Below are positions 1 to 10,550 of a stretch of 32,348 bases of DNA, piece by piece (the stretch's first letter is position 1; the number at the start of each line of letters is the position of its first letter). A program made the position numbers and the translations under genes. Origin of the DNA: a virus (lineage: Duplodnaviria > Heunggongvirae > Uroviricota > Caudoviricetes); the IMG/VR virus record IMGVR_UViG_2537562189_000010; one strand, given 5' to 3'. The notes below the pieces were generated by a model. The model saw nothing but the letters and a program-made list of their open reading frames with translations, did not search any database and was not told the origin of the DNA.

Positions 1-80
1 TTACCTTTTACGTCCGTTACGTGCAACGGATGACGTGGCTGTTTTTCCTTCCCCTTCGCCATCCTTTTTCGGAGCAGTTG

Positions 81-300
81 TGCAAAAGTGTGCAAAAGTG
101 ATTTTTGCTGCCACTCCCCGCCAGGCCGCGCCAGTTCTGGCTTTCCTGATTTTTTCGTTTTCGTCGTCGGATCCTTTTTCAGATCTTCGATCGTGACGTA
201 ATTTTAAAAATCCCTTGTTATTCAGTGCATTAAAATTTTTCGGGATCCTCAGAAAGCCGGAGTTTTTGCACACTTTTGCAAAACCTTGCACAAAGTGCAA
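81..300. repeat. TGCAAAAGTG-family repeats: tandem direct repeat at 81-100, reverse-complement copy at about 264-280, perfect palindrome TTGCACAAAGTGCAA at about 286-300
   Basis: Read directly: GTGCAAAAGTGTGCAAAAGTG at 80-100; TTTTGCACACTTTTGCA at 264-280 is its reverse complement; TTGCAC-AAA-GTGCAA is a 6-3-6 palindrome. No credible ORF in the region. Confidence 0.6.
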
Positions 301-540
301 AACCATTCAGAAGGGAAATCCTCAGTAATGGCGCGCCCTGGCGGGGTGTTTTGCACCCCTTTCGATTTGCAAAATTTATCGTACACAAATACCGGAGGCG
401 TGTGCGGGGTAGCGCCGATTACGTCACTTTACGCGTTACGTCGCCCCCGAAAATTTCCGGCCATTTGCGGTGATTTTGGGGCGCAGAAATCGTTTTCTGA
501 TGTCAGGGGATCGAATCGGGCTGGCGGGGTTATCTCTTCG

Positions 541-584
541 TTACGTGGCGTTACGCGACGTTTTACGTGGGGATTACGTGGGGC
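541..584. repeat. four iteron-like direct repeats TTACG(T/C)G(G/A)(C/G)G at roughly 11-bp spacing
   Basis: ttacgtggcg / ttacgcgacg / ttacgtgggg / ttacgtgggg read consecutively; related TTACGT motifs also at about 8-36 and 421-446. Confidence 0.6.
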
Positions 585-664
585 GTTTCGTCCATCTTTT
601 TTTCTGCTGCGGACGGTTTTTTCGTGGTGGGTGATGTCCGGTGATGAATATTTTTTATTGTCCG

Positions 665-692
665 GGAATAAAAAAGGCCACATTGCGCGGCC
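665..692 (-). terminator. candidate intrinsic terminator ending the late operon
   Basis: On the minus strand, hairpin GGCCGCGCAATGTGGCC followed by TTTTTTATT, immediately after the stop of the 708..2381 gene. Confidence 0.5.
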
Positions 693-707
693 TGTTAAAG
701 TGAATAA

Positions 708-2381
708 TTATTCGATTATTGGTGAATATTTATTTTTAAGCTGGCGGCACTCCTGAGCGACCTGGCTGAACTGTGCGGCCTGCGGAGACGTGCCCGTTTT
801 GGGGTGGGTATGTGATGCTGTAATATCGGCCAGCTCTTCCACCACATCGGCAAGGTCCGTCAGCATGGTCAGTACATTAATGCCCTCGTTTCCCAGCTTC
901 ACCGTATCGCCAACCAGCTTCTGCGCCAGCGCAATACTGTGACGGACGCCCTTAATCTTTTCGGTAAGGCTGCCGCCCACGGTGTCCAGTGTGTCGCCTT
1001 CCACGTCGCGCTCACAGGTACCGGCAACCACCATCATGTGCCCGCCCGTGCTGATGCTGTAGTTCTCTTCAGTGATATGGGTGACCGCGCCAGCCTGAAG
1101 CGTGGATACACCCAGGACGGTGGTTGTGTCGGTTGCCTGTATGGTGGTCTCCCGGCTGGTCAGGCTCCGCTTTTCCTCGTCTGCGCTCACCACGCGCTCG
1201 CGTGATGTCTCCTGTATCCGCTGGTCTGTCTGGCGCTCCCAGTCTCCGGCGACCGTCACGCGCTGCGATACGCCGTCGCGCTGTTGCTGCAACTGCTCGC
1301 CCGGCTTCACGTCGGGCAGATTGTGGCCTTCTGCCATTATCTGGCGGATGAAGGGCTTATCCGCCCGGCCTTCCACAAATCCCACTTCCACCAGGGTTCC
1401 GGGTGGCGGGAACTGGAACATGCCGGACTCACTGCCCGCCATGGGTACGGGGAGGGGAACGGCGTTATAAACGGGCGTATCCGCTGCCGGGTTGCCGTTC
1501 TCGTCAAGCAGCTGGAGATTCACCGCGTAGCGGGGTCTGAACGGGTCGGCAATATTGCCCGCGCTGACGGCTTCGGTCGGTGCCTCAACACGTGCCAGTT
1601 TGGGCAGGTGAAGCCCTGATGCCAGCTCAGGGAAGACCTTTTCAGCCTGGCGACGGAAAGGGGACTTCTGGAGGGGAGCGCCGGTAGCTTTATTGCGCGG
1701 TGTCCACGTGATGGTCATGTTGTCATCTTCCAGCATGACCATCGTCAGGCGCTGACCGTTCACCTCCACACCCGGTCGCAGCGTCTGAATCATCGGGAGG
1801 GTCATACTGTGCCCGCCCGTTGATGCCTGGCTGAACTCGTGCGGGATGGTGACGGGGCGACCGGAAAACATCCCCTGCGCGGCAGCAGCGGCCATAATGC
1901 CGCCGTCCGGTAACGGATGCCAGATGTAATCCGGTACGGAGAAAATACGCCCCAGACTGGCCAGCAGTTCGTAGCCCGTGCCGCTGTGTGTGAAATGCGG
2001 AACGGGTCTGTCAGTGTAAGCCGCGTTGTCCGGCAGGATGATTTCCAGCCCGCTGGTCTCACTCAGCCACTGTGTGACCGTGCGCATTGTCGGGTGCTGA
2101 AATGAACAGGGGAAGGGGTGATCAAGGATCCCCGCCATTTCACGAATCAGAATCCGCACCGAGCCGTTTTCAGCGGGCTGGCTGCGTTCAACGTATCCGG
2201 TAAACCAGCGCACCAGGTCGTTTCCGTATCCGATATCGAGACGAACAGGGCGCCCGGTGTAGTTCTGCTCTGTTCTGGCCGTGATAAATCCGCGTCCGCA
2301 CGCGTTCAGCTCAAGCATGACGGAACAGCTGACCAGCTGAATGGTGTCGTTACCCAGTAACAGACGTTTAGTGGGGTTCAT
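708..2381 (-). CDS. distal late-operon protein, 557 aa; possibly tail hub / gpD-like, family not assigned
   Basis: Last gene of the co-directional late operon, adjacent to the preceding gene and followed by the terminator. No catalytic motif recognised. Confidence 0.45.
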   Translation of the reverse strand: MNPTKRLLLGNDTIQLVSCSVMLELNACGRGFITARTEQNYTGRPVRLDIGYGNDLVRWFTGYVERSQPAENGSVRILIREMAGILDHPFPCSFQHPTMRTVTQWLSETSGLEIILPDNAAYTDRPVPHFTHSGTGYELLASLGRIFSVPDYIWHPLPDGGIMAAAAAQGMFSGRPVTIPHEFSQASTGGHSMTLPMIQTLRPGVEVNGQRLTMVMLEDDNMTITWTPRNKATGAPLQKSPFRRQAEKVFPELASGLHLPKLARVEAPTEAVSAGNIADPFRPRYAVNLQLLDENGNPAADTPVYNAVPLPVPMAGSESGMFQFPPPGTLVEVGFVEGRADKPFIRQIMAEGHNLPDVKPGEQLQQQRDGVSQRVTVAGDWERQTDQRIQETSRERVVSADEEKRSLTSRETTIQATDTTTVLGVSTLQAGAVTHITEENYSISTGGHMMVVAGTCERDVEGDTLDTVGGSLTEKIKGVRHSIALAQKLVGDTVKLGNEGINVLTMLTDLADVVEELADITASHTHPKTGTSPQAAQFSQVAQECRQLKNKYSPIIE

Positions 2382-2383
2382 GG

Positions 2384-2926
2384 TTACTCCAGCGCATCAT
2401 TGACGGGTTTGAGGACCTTTTCTTCGAACCAGGTCATTTTCTCCGGTGTTTCGTCGGCCACGGTCCCGCCTTTTGCGCCGGGCGTCTGCGGCGTCTGTTT
2501 ACGGCTGCTGCCGGGGGTGGCGCGTGCCTGGCGTTTTTCCGGTACGCTTCGTCTTTCGCGTAATGTGAAGCTGACCTGCCAGGCGAGGCGGTCGGTCTGC
2601 TGCTGTGCGTCTATCTGCCCGGAAAATGTCCCTTCACGAAAGTTAATGGCGGCAGCGGTGGCGTTTGCGATACGGTAAACTTTCAGGGCACCGTCCCCGG
2701 TGGTGGCAGAGGCCAGCTGGAAAATGCGCTGAAGGGCCCGCTCATTGTCAAAGGTGATCATCCCGGTTACGCGAAGCTCTTTGGCCTTGATGCCCTGCTC
2801 GGCGTTCGCGGTGCTCGATGTCTGGCCGGACTGGTCCTTTTCCTGGAACTGCATCGAGGGCGAAATCACCATGTTCTGCATGAAAATACCCTCACCATCA
2901 AGGGCCAGCAGTGCGGTCTGGCTCAT
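2384..2926 (-). CDS. distal late-operon protein, 180 aa; possible tail protein, unassigned
   Basis: ORF overlaps the upstream gene by 29 nt in the same operon; no recognisable motif. Confidence 0.4.
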   Translation of the reverse strand: MSQTALLALDGEGIFMQNMVISPSMQFQEKDQSGQTSSTANAEQGIKAKELRVTGMITFDNERALQRIFQLASATTGDGALKVYRIANATAAAINFREGTFSGQIDAQQQTDRLAWQVSFTLRERRSVPEKRQARATPGSSRKQTPQTPGAKGGTVADETPEKMTWFEEKVLKPVNDALE

Positions 2927-3734
2927 GGATCATTTTCCTCAGTTCAGTTAATGAGTCTGCCGCCAGGAGTGCGGCAACGGTATGTACGGCGGTCGGTGCC
3001 GGGATATCCTTCACCATGGCCGCCGCTGCGGCGCGGTGATACCCCCGGTACTGAAATACCCAGGCCTGCGCCTTCTGTTCTGCCAGTGTTCTGATCCCCT
3101 CTTCCAGCCCGGCAAGTGCACCAGCCCGTCTGCTGATAAAGCGGCTTATCTGGCGGCGAAGCCCTGCGGCATCCGGGCGTTGTGCTGCCAGCTGCCTGGC
3201 CTGTGCTGTGCGGGCGGCACTGACTGCGCTGCGCATTGTGGCAACGGAAAGATGCACAGGGGCGGGCAGGGTGTCGGTGGTGATCGGGATTTGCATTTTG
3301 TCCGTGCTCAGACTGGCGGCAGCCTGTGCCATGCGCTGTGCCTGCGTGAATACCGGTACGGGCAGAACGGCAGTCAGTGCCGCCATTGACTGCATAAAAA
3401 GATCATGGGTGTTTTCGGCAATCATGATAATGGTCACGTCGCCGGATGCATGGCTTCCGGCCATTTTCCCGGCCAGCCAGTTTATGGCGTTCGGGGGACT
3501 TAAATATACTCCCGATTCTTCATATCGTCCCAGTCCGTAAGTCCACGGTGTGACGGGGATGACGGAACAGCTCAGCGGAGGCATGTCGGCGCTGACGCTG
3601 ATTGTTTTTCTTGTCCACGTCATGGTGCCTCCGGTCAGCCTGCGTGATGATCCGGCGAAGGGGATTCCGGCCAGACAATATCCGGCGCGTTGCCCGTGTC
3701 TGTCCGGCTCAGTAATACCCGGTATTTTTTCCAC
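2898..3734 (-). CDS. distal late-operon protein, unassigned; likely true start at Met38 (about 3623, 241 aa)
   Basis: ORF lies directly downstream of the tail fibre assembly gene; Ala-rich; an internal Met just downstream of the tfa stop is the more plausible start. Confidence 0.4.
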   Translation of the reverse strand: MEKIPGITEPDRHGQRAGYCLAGIPFAGSSRRLTGGTMTWTRKTISVSADMPPLSCSVIPVTPWTYGLGRYEESGVYLSPPNAINWLAGKMAGSHASGDVTIIMIAENTHDLFMQSMAALTAVLPVPVFTQAQRMAQAAASLSTDKMQIPITTDTLPAPVHLSVATMRSAVSAARTAQARQLAAQRPDAAGLRRQISRFISRRAGALAGLEEGIRTLAEQKAQAWVFQYRGYHRAAAAAMVKDIPAPTAVHTVAALLAADSLTELRKMIHEPDRTAGP

Positions 3735-4231
3735 AGAGGAAGCAGGGCGCTTTCATCGTCGGTCGCCATATTTAAATCCACGGCATCCTGAAGGATGTTT
3801 ATTGTATTTGTTGCTTCCTGTATTAATTCCCGTTTTTTATTCTCCGCCTCGCTCACCCGGTAAGCCTGTTCTGCCGCTTCATCCTTAGCCCATGATGACC
3901 CGTCCCAGCGGCAGAACTCCCCGTCCGGTTTTATTATGGTCACGTTTTCCGGTAACGGGCCCGGCTCAGTAATCAGTAAGGCGCTTCCCGACTCCAGACG
4001 CCAGACGGTTTTACCCCGGTGATCTTCCATGAGGTGCCAGGTGTTTTCATCCTCATCAAAGATAGCCACGTGTCCTTCAGGAATGTCAGGCGGGGCAATG
4101 TCCGTTGAGTGCGCAGGCAGTCCGGTATGCGGAGGGATCCAGGCATCGCCTTCGCCGATAAATTCATTTGTTCCGGCTGACAGGTTGTAGATTTTAATTG
4201 TCTGCGGGTGTTCACTCATTTTAAAGGTCAT
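3635..4231 (-). CDS. tail fibre assembly protein (P2 gpG / Tfa-like)
   Basis: 198 aa directly downstream of the tail fibre gene; C-terminal ...[28 protein letters not shown]... is typical of Tfa chaperones. Confidence 0.7.
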   Translation of the reverse strand: MTFKMSEHPQTIKIYNLSAGTNEFIGEGDAWIPPHTGLPAHSTDIAPPDIPEGHVAIFDEDENTWHLMEDHRGKTVWRLESGSALLITEPGPLPENVTIIKPDGEFCRWDGSSWAKDEAAEQAYRVSEAENKKRELIQEATNTINILQDAVDLNMATDDESALLPLWKKYRVLLSRTDTGNAPDIVWPESPSPDHHAG

Positions 4232-6291
4232 TATGCAAGCCTCACGATGTAGTTAAATGCGATGTTTTTAACGGTGTTTTCGGCATTACCGGTGGGGTTA
4301 ATGGTCAGGCCGTGACCATGTGAACCCAGTGCGATCGTGTGGGCGTGTTCGCCAATGGCTACCGAATGTGTGTGCCCCGGAAGGTTTACTGTCAGGTTTG
4401 CTCCGGAGCCCGGTCCGTATGCGGTCCAGTCGCCGCTGCCTTCCGGTGACGCGGTGGCGGTTCTCAGTGCTATGTTTGCAGAGCCTGAACCCGCGCTTCC
4501 TGTTGTTTTTGTGCCGTAATTGAAGGATGAGGTCGTTTTCGTGCCAAGGTTAGTGTTTGAGACGCTCCCCCCGTGGGTGTGGGATTTGATGCCGTCCTGT
4601 TCCTGTGACAATACCGCACGACCGCTGGCAGGTTTTCCCTTGATTGTCCAGCCACGCATATCCGGGATACGACCGTCCGGATAGGCTTTTGCCAGCAGGG
4701 GATATCGTGCTTTATCGAATGTCTGTCCCGCCATGATGGCGTAACCGCTAGGCGGGGTATCTGACGGCCACGGCAGGGGAACACCTGCGGGTAACAACTC
4801 ACTTGCAGGCAGTGCGCCGATGTCCTGTGGTGTGGGTTTGTTTTTGTCCGTGTAAGTGCGGTACCAGATGGTTTTTCTTCCCCGATCCAGTATCACCCCG
4901 GTAAATTGTGCCCGGTGTTCTTTTGTGGCCGGATCTGAATCTTCCAGTCCTGTGGTGATCCTGACTATTCCGCCGATGAGTTCGCCAAACACTTCAATCA
5001 GGCAGCCACCCAGGCAGATATCGCCATACCCCGTGTCAGTAAGCACGCTGTGCTGTGACAGTGAAATATTGGCCCTTAATACCCAGCTCCCCGTTCTGAA
5101 TGCACCGCGCTCATTCAGCCATTCCACGAACTGTTCTGTTGTCCAGCGTTGCCCTGCTTTACCCACGTATCCGTCAGCATCATAAACCCGGGGAGCACCG
5201 ATGTTGATAATAAACAATTCCTTGTTGGGGATGTCCTCACCATTGCGGTTTTTCGCAAGCCGACCATCGGCGTTGTCCATGGCGATCTTTATCGCTTTTG
5301 GCGTGGCTGCCTGTGTTTCTGATGTACTGGTGGTGGCGCTGCTTAACTGTGTGAAGCCCTTTTCTTTCAGCGTTGCGTCCGGGTGGTTGCGTGATTTCTC
5401 GTGTTTTTTCAGGGCGTCCAGACTGCGGCGCTCTTCCGGGGTTCCTCTGGGGCGCAGGTCGGTTACGTTGCCGTCTTCATCAATTTCAGCGATGGCACAA
5501 AAATATTGCTGAATGCCGTCCCTGGGATACGTTTTCCGTAAACGCTCCACCGTAACGTCCGGGTCGGCTGTTATGATTTCGTGCTCTGTCGTCCATTCAC
5601 TGGTGAGCGTACCGGTCCACCACACATTCAGCCAGATACGGGACGGGAAGTCTGGCGTGGTCAGCGGTATGTCTTCGGTCAGCTCTGCGCGTAATCCCTC
5701 CACGTAACCGGTCCCTTTGCAGAGTGACCATCTTTCGCCTTTTTTAACCAGCCAGCCGTCCCCAAAGAATGCAGCGTTACCGTAAATATCGATGTTTTCC
5801 CGGCGCTGGCGCTCGTCCATGGCCGCCAGGCGTGCCGTGAAGTCTATCTGCCAGGTCTGCGCCGGGGTGGTGATACCAGTGGCTTCTTTCGCACCGCTGT
5901 ACTCCATGAGCATGGAACGAACCAGCACATTACCTTCGTTACCGTTGTGGGTTCTGATTTTTTTCTGTGTGGGGGCGTGAACAATCATGGACAGCGTGCT
6001 GGTTGCTTTGCTGACCAGTCCCACCCAGTTAAATTCAAAATCACCCAGTTCTGCCCCCAGGGTGACCGAATAAACCACGGCATTCTCATTCACCACGCCG
6101 GTTTTACCAACGGCCTGGCGGTGAACAATCTGATCTTCAGGCGGCAGGGTTTCGTCGGGGGATACCGGCGTTTCCGGGTTGAGGTCCGGGACGTTTGCAA
6201 AAATAAACTCATCCAGCACAACGGGGGTGCCTTCCGCCGCCTGCCGTGCCTTGAGCCGGATAAAGTCGCTGGTAATTACAGATTTCGCCAT
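4231..6291 (-). CDS. tail fibre protein (P2 gpH-like)
   Basis: 686 aa; N-terminus [21 protein letters not shown]...[17 protein letters not shown] matches the conserved N-terminal domain of P2 H / Mu S fibres; Gly-rich C-terminal region. Confidence 0.75.
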   Translation of the reverse strand: MAKSVITSDFIRLKARQAAEGTPVVLDEFIFANVPDLNPETPVSPDETLPPEDQIVHRQAVGKTGVVNENAVVYSVTLGAELGDFEFNWVGLVSKATSTLSMIVHAPTQKKIRTHNGNEGNVLVRSMLMEYSGAKEATGITTPAQTWQIDFTARLAAMDERQRRENIDIYGNAAFFGDGWLVKKGERWSLCKGTGYVEGLRAELTEDIPLTTPDFPSRIWLNVWWTGTLTSEWTTEHEIITADPDVTVERLRKTYPRDGIQQYFCAIAEIDEDGNVTDLRPRGTPEERRSLDALKKHEKSRNHPDATLKEKGFTQLSSATTSTSETQAATPKAIKIAMDNADGRLAKNRNGEDIPNKELFIINIGAPRVYDADGYVGKAGQRWTTEQFVEWLNERGAFRTGSWVLRANISLSQHSVLTDTGYGDICLGGCLIEVFGELIGGIVRITTGLEDSDPATKEHRAQFTGVILDRGRKTIWYRTYTDKNKPTPQDIGALPASELLPAGVPLPWPSDTPPSGYAIMAGQTFDKARYPLLAKAYPDGRIPDMRGWTIKGKPASGRAVLSQEQDGIKSHTHGGSVSNTNLGTKTTSSFNYGTKTTGSAGSGSANIALRTATASPEGSGDWTAYGPGSGANLTVNLPGHTHSVAIGEHAHTIALGSHGHGLTINPTGNAENTVKNIAFNYIVRLA

Positions 6292-6313
6292 AAAGTCATA
6301 CTCCTTCAGTCAT

Positions 6314-6862
6314 TCACTCTGCCCTGGCCGTCCAGCAGATATACTCCCCTTCGTATGCGCCATAATGGATGATGAAGGGGTTGAGGGTTTCCACCTCAAA
6401 ACGGTAACGGCGGCATGTCCTGCCATATTTGCGGATGATCTCCAGAAGAAGATCGCTGTTGTCGGCTATCTGGCTGTCTGTCACCCGCACCAGGATCACA
6501 TCCCAGTCCACGCCGGGCTGGCGCTCGAGTAACTCCACGTAGCCGATGCCCAGCCGTTCAAAAATGGCGATAAAGCCCGCCACCTCGCCAGCCTCCTGTG
6601 CATTGATGAAGGCGTAACTGATGCGGCGGCGGTAGATCTCCGTGGGTTCTCCTTTAAAGCGAGTGATGTCCCGCTCCCATGCCAGTAAATCAAGTACGGG
6701 CTCTGCACATGTCATGGGGTCAAACTGGCGCACGGGCCAGGTGATCCATTCCCATACGCGGGACCAGAACGCCTGCGCGGCCCGCAGCAGCTTGTCGGGT
6801 TCCCCCCTGTCCATCCAGGAGGGCAGTTTCAGCGAGCGAAGCCGCTGCAAAAAGTCATTCAA
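6314..6862 (-). CDS. baseplate protein (P2 gpI / Mu gp48-like)
   Basis: 182 aa, between the baseplate J-like gene and the tail fibre gene; synteny-based call. Confidence 0.5.
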   Translation of the reverse strand: MNDFLQRLRSLKLPSWMDRGEPDKLLRAAQAFWSRVWEWITWPVRQFDPMTCAEPVLDLLAWERDITRFKGEPTEIYRRRISYAFINAQEAGEVAGFIAIFERLGIGYVELLERQPGVDWDVILVRVTDSQIADNSDLLLEIIRKYGRTCRRYRFEVETLNPFIIHYGAYEGEYICWTARAE

Positions 6863-8039
6863 TGACCACCTCCACTGTCAGGGATTCGAGCCGTGGCACG
6901 GCCAGATCGCTGATGATGTCTTCCAGTGAAAACTGAACCGAAGCCACCACCGGGAAGGTCTGATGAATTTCCTTGCCCAGCGTGGAAAACGAAAAGCGCG
7001 AATAGGGCCAGACTTTTTTCACATTAAAGCGGGCGTTCTCCCGAAAAGCGCAGCGTATCAGGTCGCTGATATCCTGTTTCAGCCCTTCCGCGCCGTCCGG
7101 TGGCAGGGTGGTTGAGCTTCTGATGTATACGGTGACGTCCAGACGGTGACGCGTCTCCGGCATGGCGAAACACTGCAAATCATCCCCGTGTCCGTGGTGC
7201 CCCTCTTCGTTGATGTAGCGGTTGACTGCTTCAATGAAAGGGGCAGAGGCCTCGCCGCTGTCCAGTAACAGGTAGGCGTTGGCCGTTCCCGGTCCTCTCG
7301 GGGCGTCGTGCTGAAAGTAGATCCGGTCGATGCTCAGGCCTGCCACGCTGGCGATAAGTCCCCGGTAGACGGCGTCCGTGTGGTAACTGCTCACGAGGTT
7401 AAACTGGTTGCGTATTCTGTCGCGCAGTTCGTCGTCGCTTTCCTCATCGGCACCCGGTACGGTCAGCCAGTCTTCCCGGTTCACCACGGATGCAATGCCG
7501 GGAATGGCAACGGGAAGGATACGGAAGTACCCCGGCGCGAGGTTGTGCCCGCTGCCTTCGGTGGTGGCTTCCACGGGAACGGATGCGCCGCTTTTACCGC
7601 TGCTGATAAGCGTTTCCTCCGTGACGGCCATGCTGTATATCACGCCGTTAATTCTGGCGGTCTGGACGATGGTCCCTTCGGGGATGAGAACATCATCATT
7701 TGCCCTGGTTTTGGCAAACCAGATCACGCCACGGGCCTTACTGGCCGGTTTTGGGGTGATGTTGACGTCGTGCGCATGAAGCAGAAGAAGTGACCGGTCA
7801 GCCGTGGCGACAAACATACCGGGCAGCACAACGTCAACCAGCGCATCACGCAGCCACTGAACGGGTCGTATGACAATGGTCAGAATGAGCCGCCAGAAGG
7901 GACTCATGGGCGAGGTGTTGGTGATGAGTCCGGTTTTCTGTACATCCTCATGAAAGAGGGTGGCGATCTCTTCTTCTGTTTCCGGCATACCGCTTTCACG
8001 GAATACCTGATTAAAATCAACGTCCGGTTTCCCTTTCAT
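6855..8039 (-). CDS. baseplate assembly protein J-like
   Basis: 394 aa, in the position and size expected for a baseplate J family protein upstream of the gpI-like and fibre genes. Confidence 0.55.
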   Translation of the reverse strand: MKGKPDVDFNQVFRESGMPETEEEIATLFHEDVQKTGLITNTSPMSPFWRLILTIVIRPVQWLRDALVDVVLPGMFVATADRSLLLLHAHDVNITPKPASKARGVIWFAKTRANDDVLIPEGTIVQTARINGVIYSMAVTEETLISSGKSGASVPVEATTEGSGHNLAPGYFRILPVAIPGIASVVNREDWLTVPGADEESDDELRDRIRNQFNLVSSYHTDAVYRGLIASVAGLSIDRIYFQHDAPRGPGTANAYLLLDSGEASAPFIEAVNRYINEEGHHGHGDDLQCFAMPETRHRLDVTVYIRSSTTLPPDGAEGLKQDISDLIRCAFRENARFNVKKVWPYSRFSFSTLGKEIHQTFPVVASVQFSLEDIISDLAVPRLESLTVEVVIE

Positions 8040-8388
8040 AGTTCACTCTGGTGTTTATGCGTCCAAAATCCTGTGTCTCTGCCGTCACATGCAGCCTGCC
8101 CGGTGCCTCTTCGTTAATGAACACCGTCCCCGGAACCAGCCGTTCATCATCCTCAACCAGGAGGATAAGCCGGGTAATGATGTCGCTGCGCAGCGTCGGG
8201 CTGCGTTCGCCGATAAGCAGGGCGGCGATCCCGCTTTCGATAATGCTGTGCACCACGTCCTGGCCGATGCTGACCCGGTTATCACATCGCTGTGGCTCGT
8301 TGCCGCTGTTCAGCGTAAAACTGCCGTCAGTGATAAGCAGGTCGATGTAAAGCGATGGCGTGTTCATCCCGCGTAAAGCTCCGTCCAT
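8017..8388 (-). CDS. small baseplate protein (gpW / gp25-like)
   Basis: 123 aa, immediately after the tape measure and overlapping the J-like gene; synteny-based call. Confidence 0.45.
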   Translation of the reverse strand: MDGALRGMNTPSLYIDLLITDGSFTLNSGNEPQRCDNRVSIGQDVVHSIIESGIAALLIGERSPTLRSDIITRLILLVEDDERLVPGTVFINEEAPGRLHVTAETQDFGRINTRVNYERETGR

Positions 8389-10550
8389 TCATCCAGTTGC
8401 CCCGGCGTCATCGGGCTCTGCGTGTTGATTGTCAGATTGCCGAACGTCCGGCTGTTGTCGATACGGGTTGAGGTGTCCGTGCGTATCTGGTTGCGTATGC
8501 CTCCGGGTGGCAGCTCTGCGCTGATGCGGTTGCCTGCCAGTGCCGGGACGGCGGTTTCTGCAATCTGCGGAGGTACGGTGCTGCCTGTTGCGCCCCGCGT
8601 CATGGTGTTCACCTGCTCCGTGGGCTTCATGTCGATACTGATACCGGGGATTTTGTTCAGCTTTTCCGCAAGCCAGTTCCACGTCCGGTTAAACGAGTTT
8701 TTAATGACGTTCCATAAGTCCCCGAAGACGTTACCGATGATCCCCGCCATTTTCCGGAAGGATTCGACCGGGGCAGTCGGGTCAAATGCAGCCACCACGT
8801 CCTGCCACCCTCTGATAACGATGGCGAAGATGTCGACCAGGGTTCTGATCACGCTGATAACCACCTCCAGCGCGGGGGATATCAGGCTTACCGCTGCGGC
8901 CACCACGCGACCGCATGTTTCCCCGGCACGGGTGACGCTGTTCATCTGCCCCGTGGTCAGCTGAACCGGTGTGAACAGATCAGTGAAGGCGCCGAACAGG
9001 GTTTTTATGCCCTGCCATACCGGGGCCAGCGCACGGGCAATTTCACCGAACGCGGCAGTCACCGGGCTCATGGCGTCCAGTGCGCCGGTAAAACCATCAA
9101 TAAAGCCGCGAATAAAGGCTTTGATGGGCTGCCAGAACTTAATGGCCACCACCACCAGAGCGGCGATGGCGGCGGCAACCAGGAGGACCGGGGCGCTCAT
9201 GGTCAGAAACGACACGCCCGCCAGACGCGCGGCAAGACTGGTGGCAATGATGGCGCTGCGTACTTTTGTGAGTGCGAGCGTGTACAGACTCCAGACTGCC
9301 CTGGCGCCCTTTATGATGGCCTTATGGCCTTCCATGATGAAGCTGAACACACCCAGCACGATGTTCGTGACCGCACCGGCTGCGCCCAGCGCCAGCATGG
9401 TCAGCGTGATGTAACCCAGCCAGCGGGCGATGTTCGGGAACATGTTCAGCCAGCGCACGAACGTCGCGCCGATATCGGCAAAACGGCCAGCCAGTGGTGC
9501 GAGAATGGGGTAGAGGGCGTTACCGATGGCGGCCCGGATGTTGTAGAAGGAGGCCACAAGGCGGTCCCACGGGTCGGTCATGGCTTCCGCCATTTCCGTG
9601 GCACGCTTCATGCCGTCATTACGCCCCAGCGCTGATATGCTCCGGTTAAGCATTTCCTGCTGTCCCCAGAGTTTTTTAATCACGTCCGCGCCACTGCCGA
9701 AGGCGTCATCCAGCGCCTGTTGTGCCGCCACGTTGCCCTCGATGTTCCTGCCGAACCTCGCCTGCAGACGGTCGAGGATGTCACCCATGGGTAAAATCTT
9801 CCCGGTGGCATCGACAAAACTCATCCCCATTTTTTGTGCGGCAGCGGGGGCACTGCGCAGGAACTCCTCATAGATGCCTGATGCCTCGGTACCCATGGTC
9901 CGTGACAGGGTGCCCAGTATGGCAAACTGCTCTGCCATGCTGACGCCAAAATCCGCGCCCGCGTTTTTGGTGCCCTCAATAAGCTCCTGCATGGTGCTCA
10001 TTTCCACGCCGAACTGCTGAACCATCCACGCGGTTTTACCTGCCAGATCTTCAGCAAACCCCACGGCACCCATGGCAGAAAACTCACTGCGGAAACGGGC
10101 ACCCATGGCGGCAAGGTAGCCGCTCGCCTCTTCGCTGCTGACGCGGGCAGCCACAGCCAGGGTGCTGGTTGCTGCCGTCACACGGGGTAAATCCCCGTCG
10201 CTCAGCCCGTCCAGTGCGCCGCGAATATGCCATGCGGAACGGATGATCTCCGTGGAGGACTGACCGAATGCGGTCCCCAGTTTCATGGCCTGCGTGGTGA
10301 GGGCGGTCAGCGCCTGCGCCCCGACGCCTTTGGCCTCAAGCTCGCCCAGCGCCTTCTGCATCTCCCACGCCGGATCCATCGCGGCGCGGATACCTTCAGC
10401 CACGCCCCACAGTCCGGCCACACCCACACCGATACGCGCGAACGCGCCCTGCGAGCGTTCGGCGAATCCCGTCACGGATTCCTGAACCTGCCGCAGCGGG
10501 CGGGTAAGCTGGTCTGTCAGATTGATAATGAAATCCAGCTGGCTGGCCAT
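8364..10550 (-). CDS. tail tape measure protein
   Basis: 728 aa, Ala/Gly-rich with internal hydrophobic stretches (ITLTMLALGAAGAVTNIVLGVF..., VSFLTMSAPVLLVAAAIAALVVVAI...); preceded by a chaperone gene with a frameshift site. Confidence 0.7.
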   Translation of the reverse strand: MASQLDFIINLTDQLTRPLRQVQESVTGFAERSQGAFARIGVGVAGLWGVAEGIRAAMDPAWEMQKALGELEAKGVGAQALTALTTQAMKLGTAFGQSSTEIIRSAWHIRGALDGLSDGDLPRVTAATSTLAVAARVSSEEASGYLAAMGARFRSEFSAMGAVGFAEDLAGKTAWMVQQFGVEMSTMQELIEGTKNAGADFGVSMAEQFAILGTLSRTMGTEASGIYEEFLRSAPAAAQKMGMSFVDATGKILPMGDILDRLQARFGRNIEGNVAAQQALDDAFGSGADVIKKLWGQQEMLNRSISALGRNDGMKRATEMAEAMTDPWDRLVASFYNIRAAIGNALYPILAPLAGRFADIGATFVRWLNMFPNIARWLGYITLTMLALGAAGAVTNIVLGVFSFIMEGHKAIIKGARAVWSLYTLALTKVRSAIIATSLAARLAGVSFLTMSAPVLLVAAAIAALVVVAIKFWQPIKAFIRGFIDGFTGALDAMSPVTAAFGEIARALAPVWQGIKTLFGAFTDLFTPVQLTTGQMNSVTRAGETCGRVVAAAVSLISPALEVVISVIRTLVDIFAIVIRGWQDVVAAFDPTAPVESFRKMAGIIGNVFGDLWNVIKNSFNRTWNWLAEKLNKIPGISIDMKPTEQVNTMTRGATGSTVPPQIAETAVPALAGNRISAELPPGGIRNQIRTDTSTRIDNSRTFGNLTINTQSPMTPGQLDEWTELYAG

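Noticed and set aside
330-350. Sigma-54 type promoter (TGGCGGGGTGTTTTGCA)
   Set aside because: The GG to GC spacing is 11 rather than the required 10, and there is no downstream gene in a suitable orientation.
500-540. Possible tRNA at the left end (GGGGATCGAATCGGG resembles a T-loop)
   Set aside because: The flanking sequence cannot be folded into acceptor, D and anticodon arms on either strand.
286-756. 156-aa plus-strand ORF (and the 1..306 minus ORF) in the left-end region
   Set aside because: Both run through the repeat arrays and a terminator hairpin, have low-complexity translations and no ribosome-binding site; the region is better explained as non-coding regulatory or att DNA.
7308-9943. 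Multiple plus-strand ORFs (7308..7793, 8422..8964, 8971..9414, 9324..9635 and others) antisense to tail genes
   Set aside because: Antisense ORFs are expected in GC-rich coding DNA; they are nested within well-supported minus-strand genes and have low-complexity Ala/Arg/Ser-rich translations.
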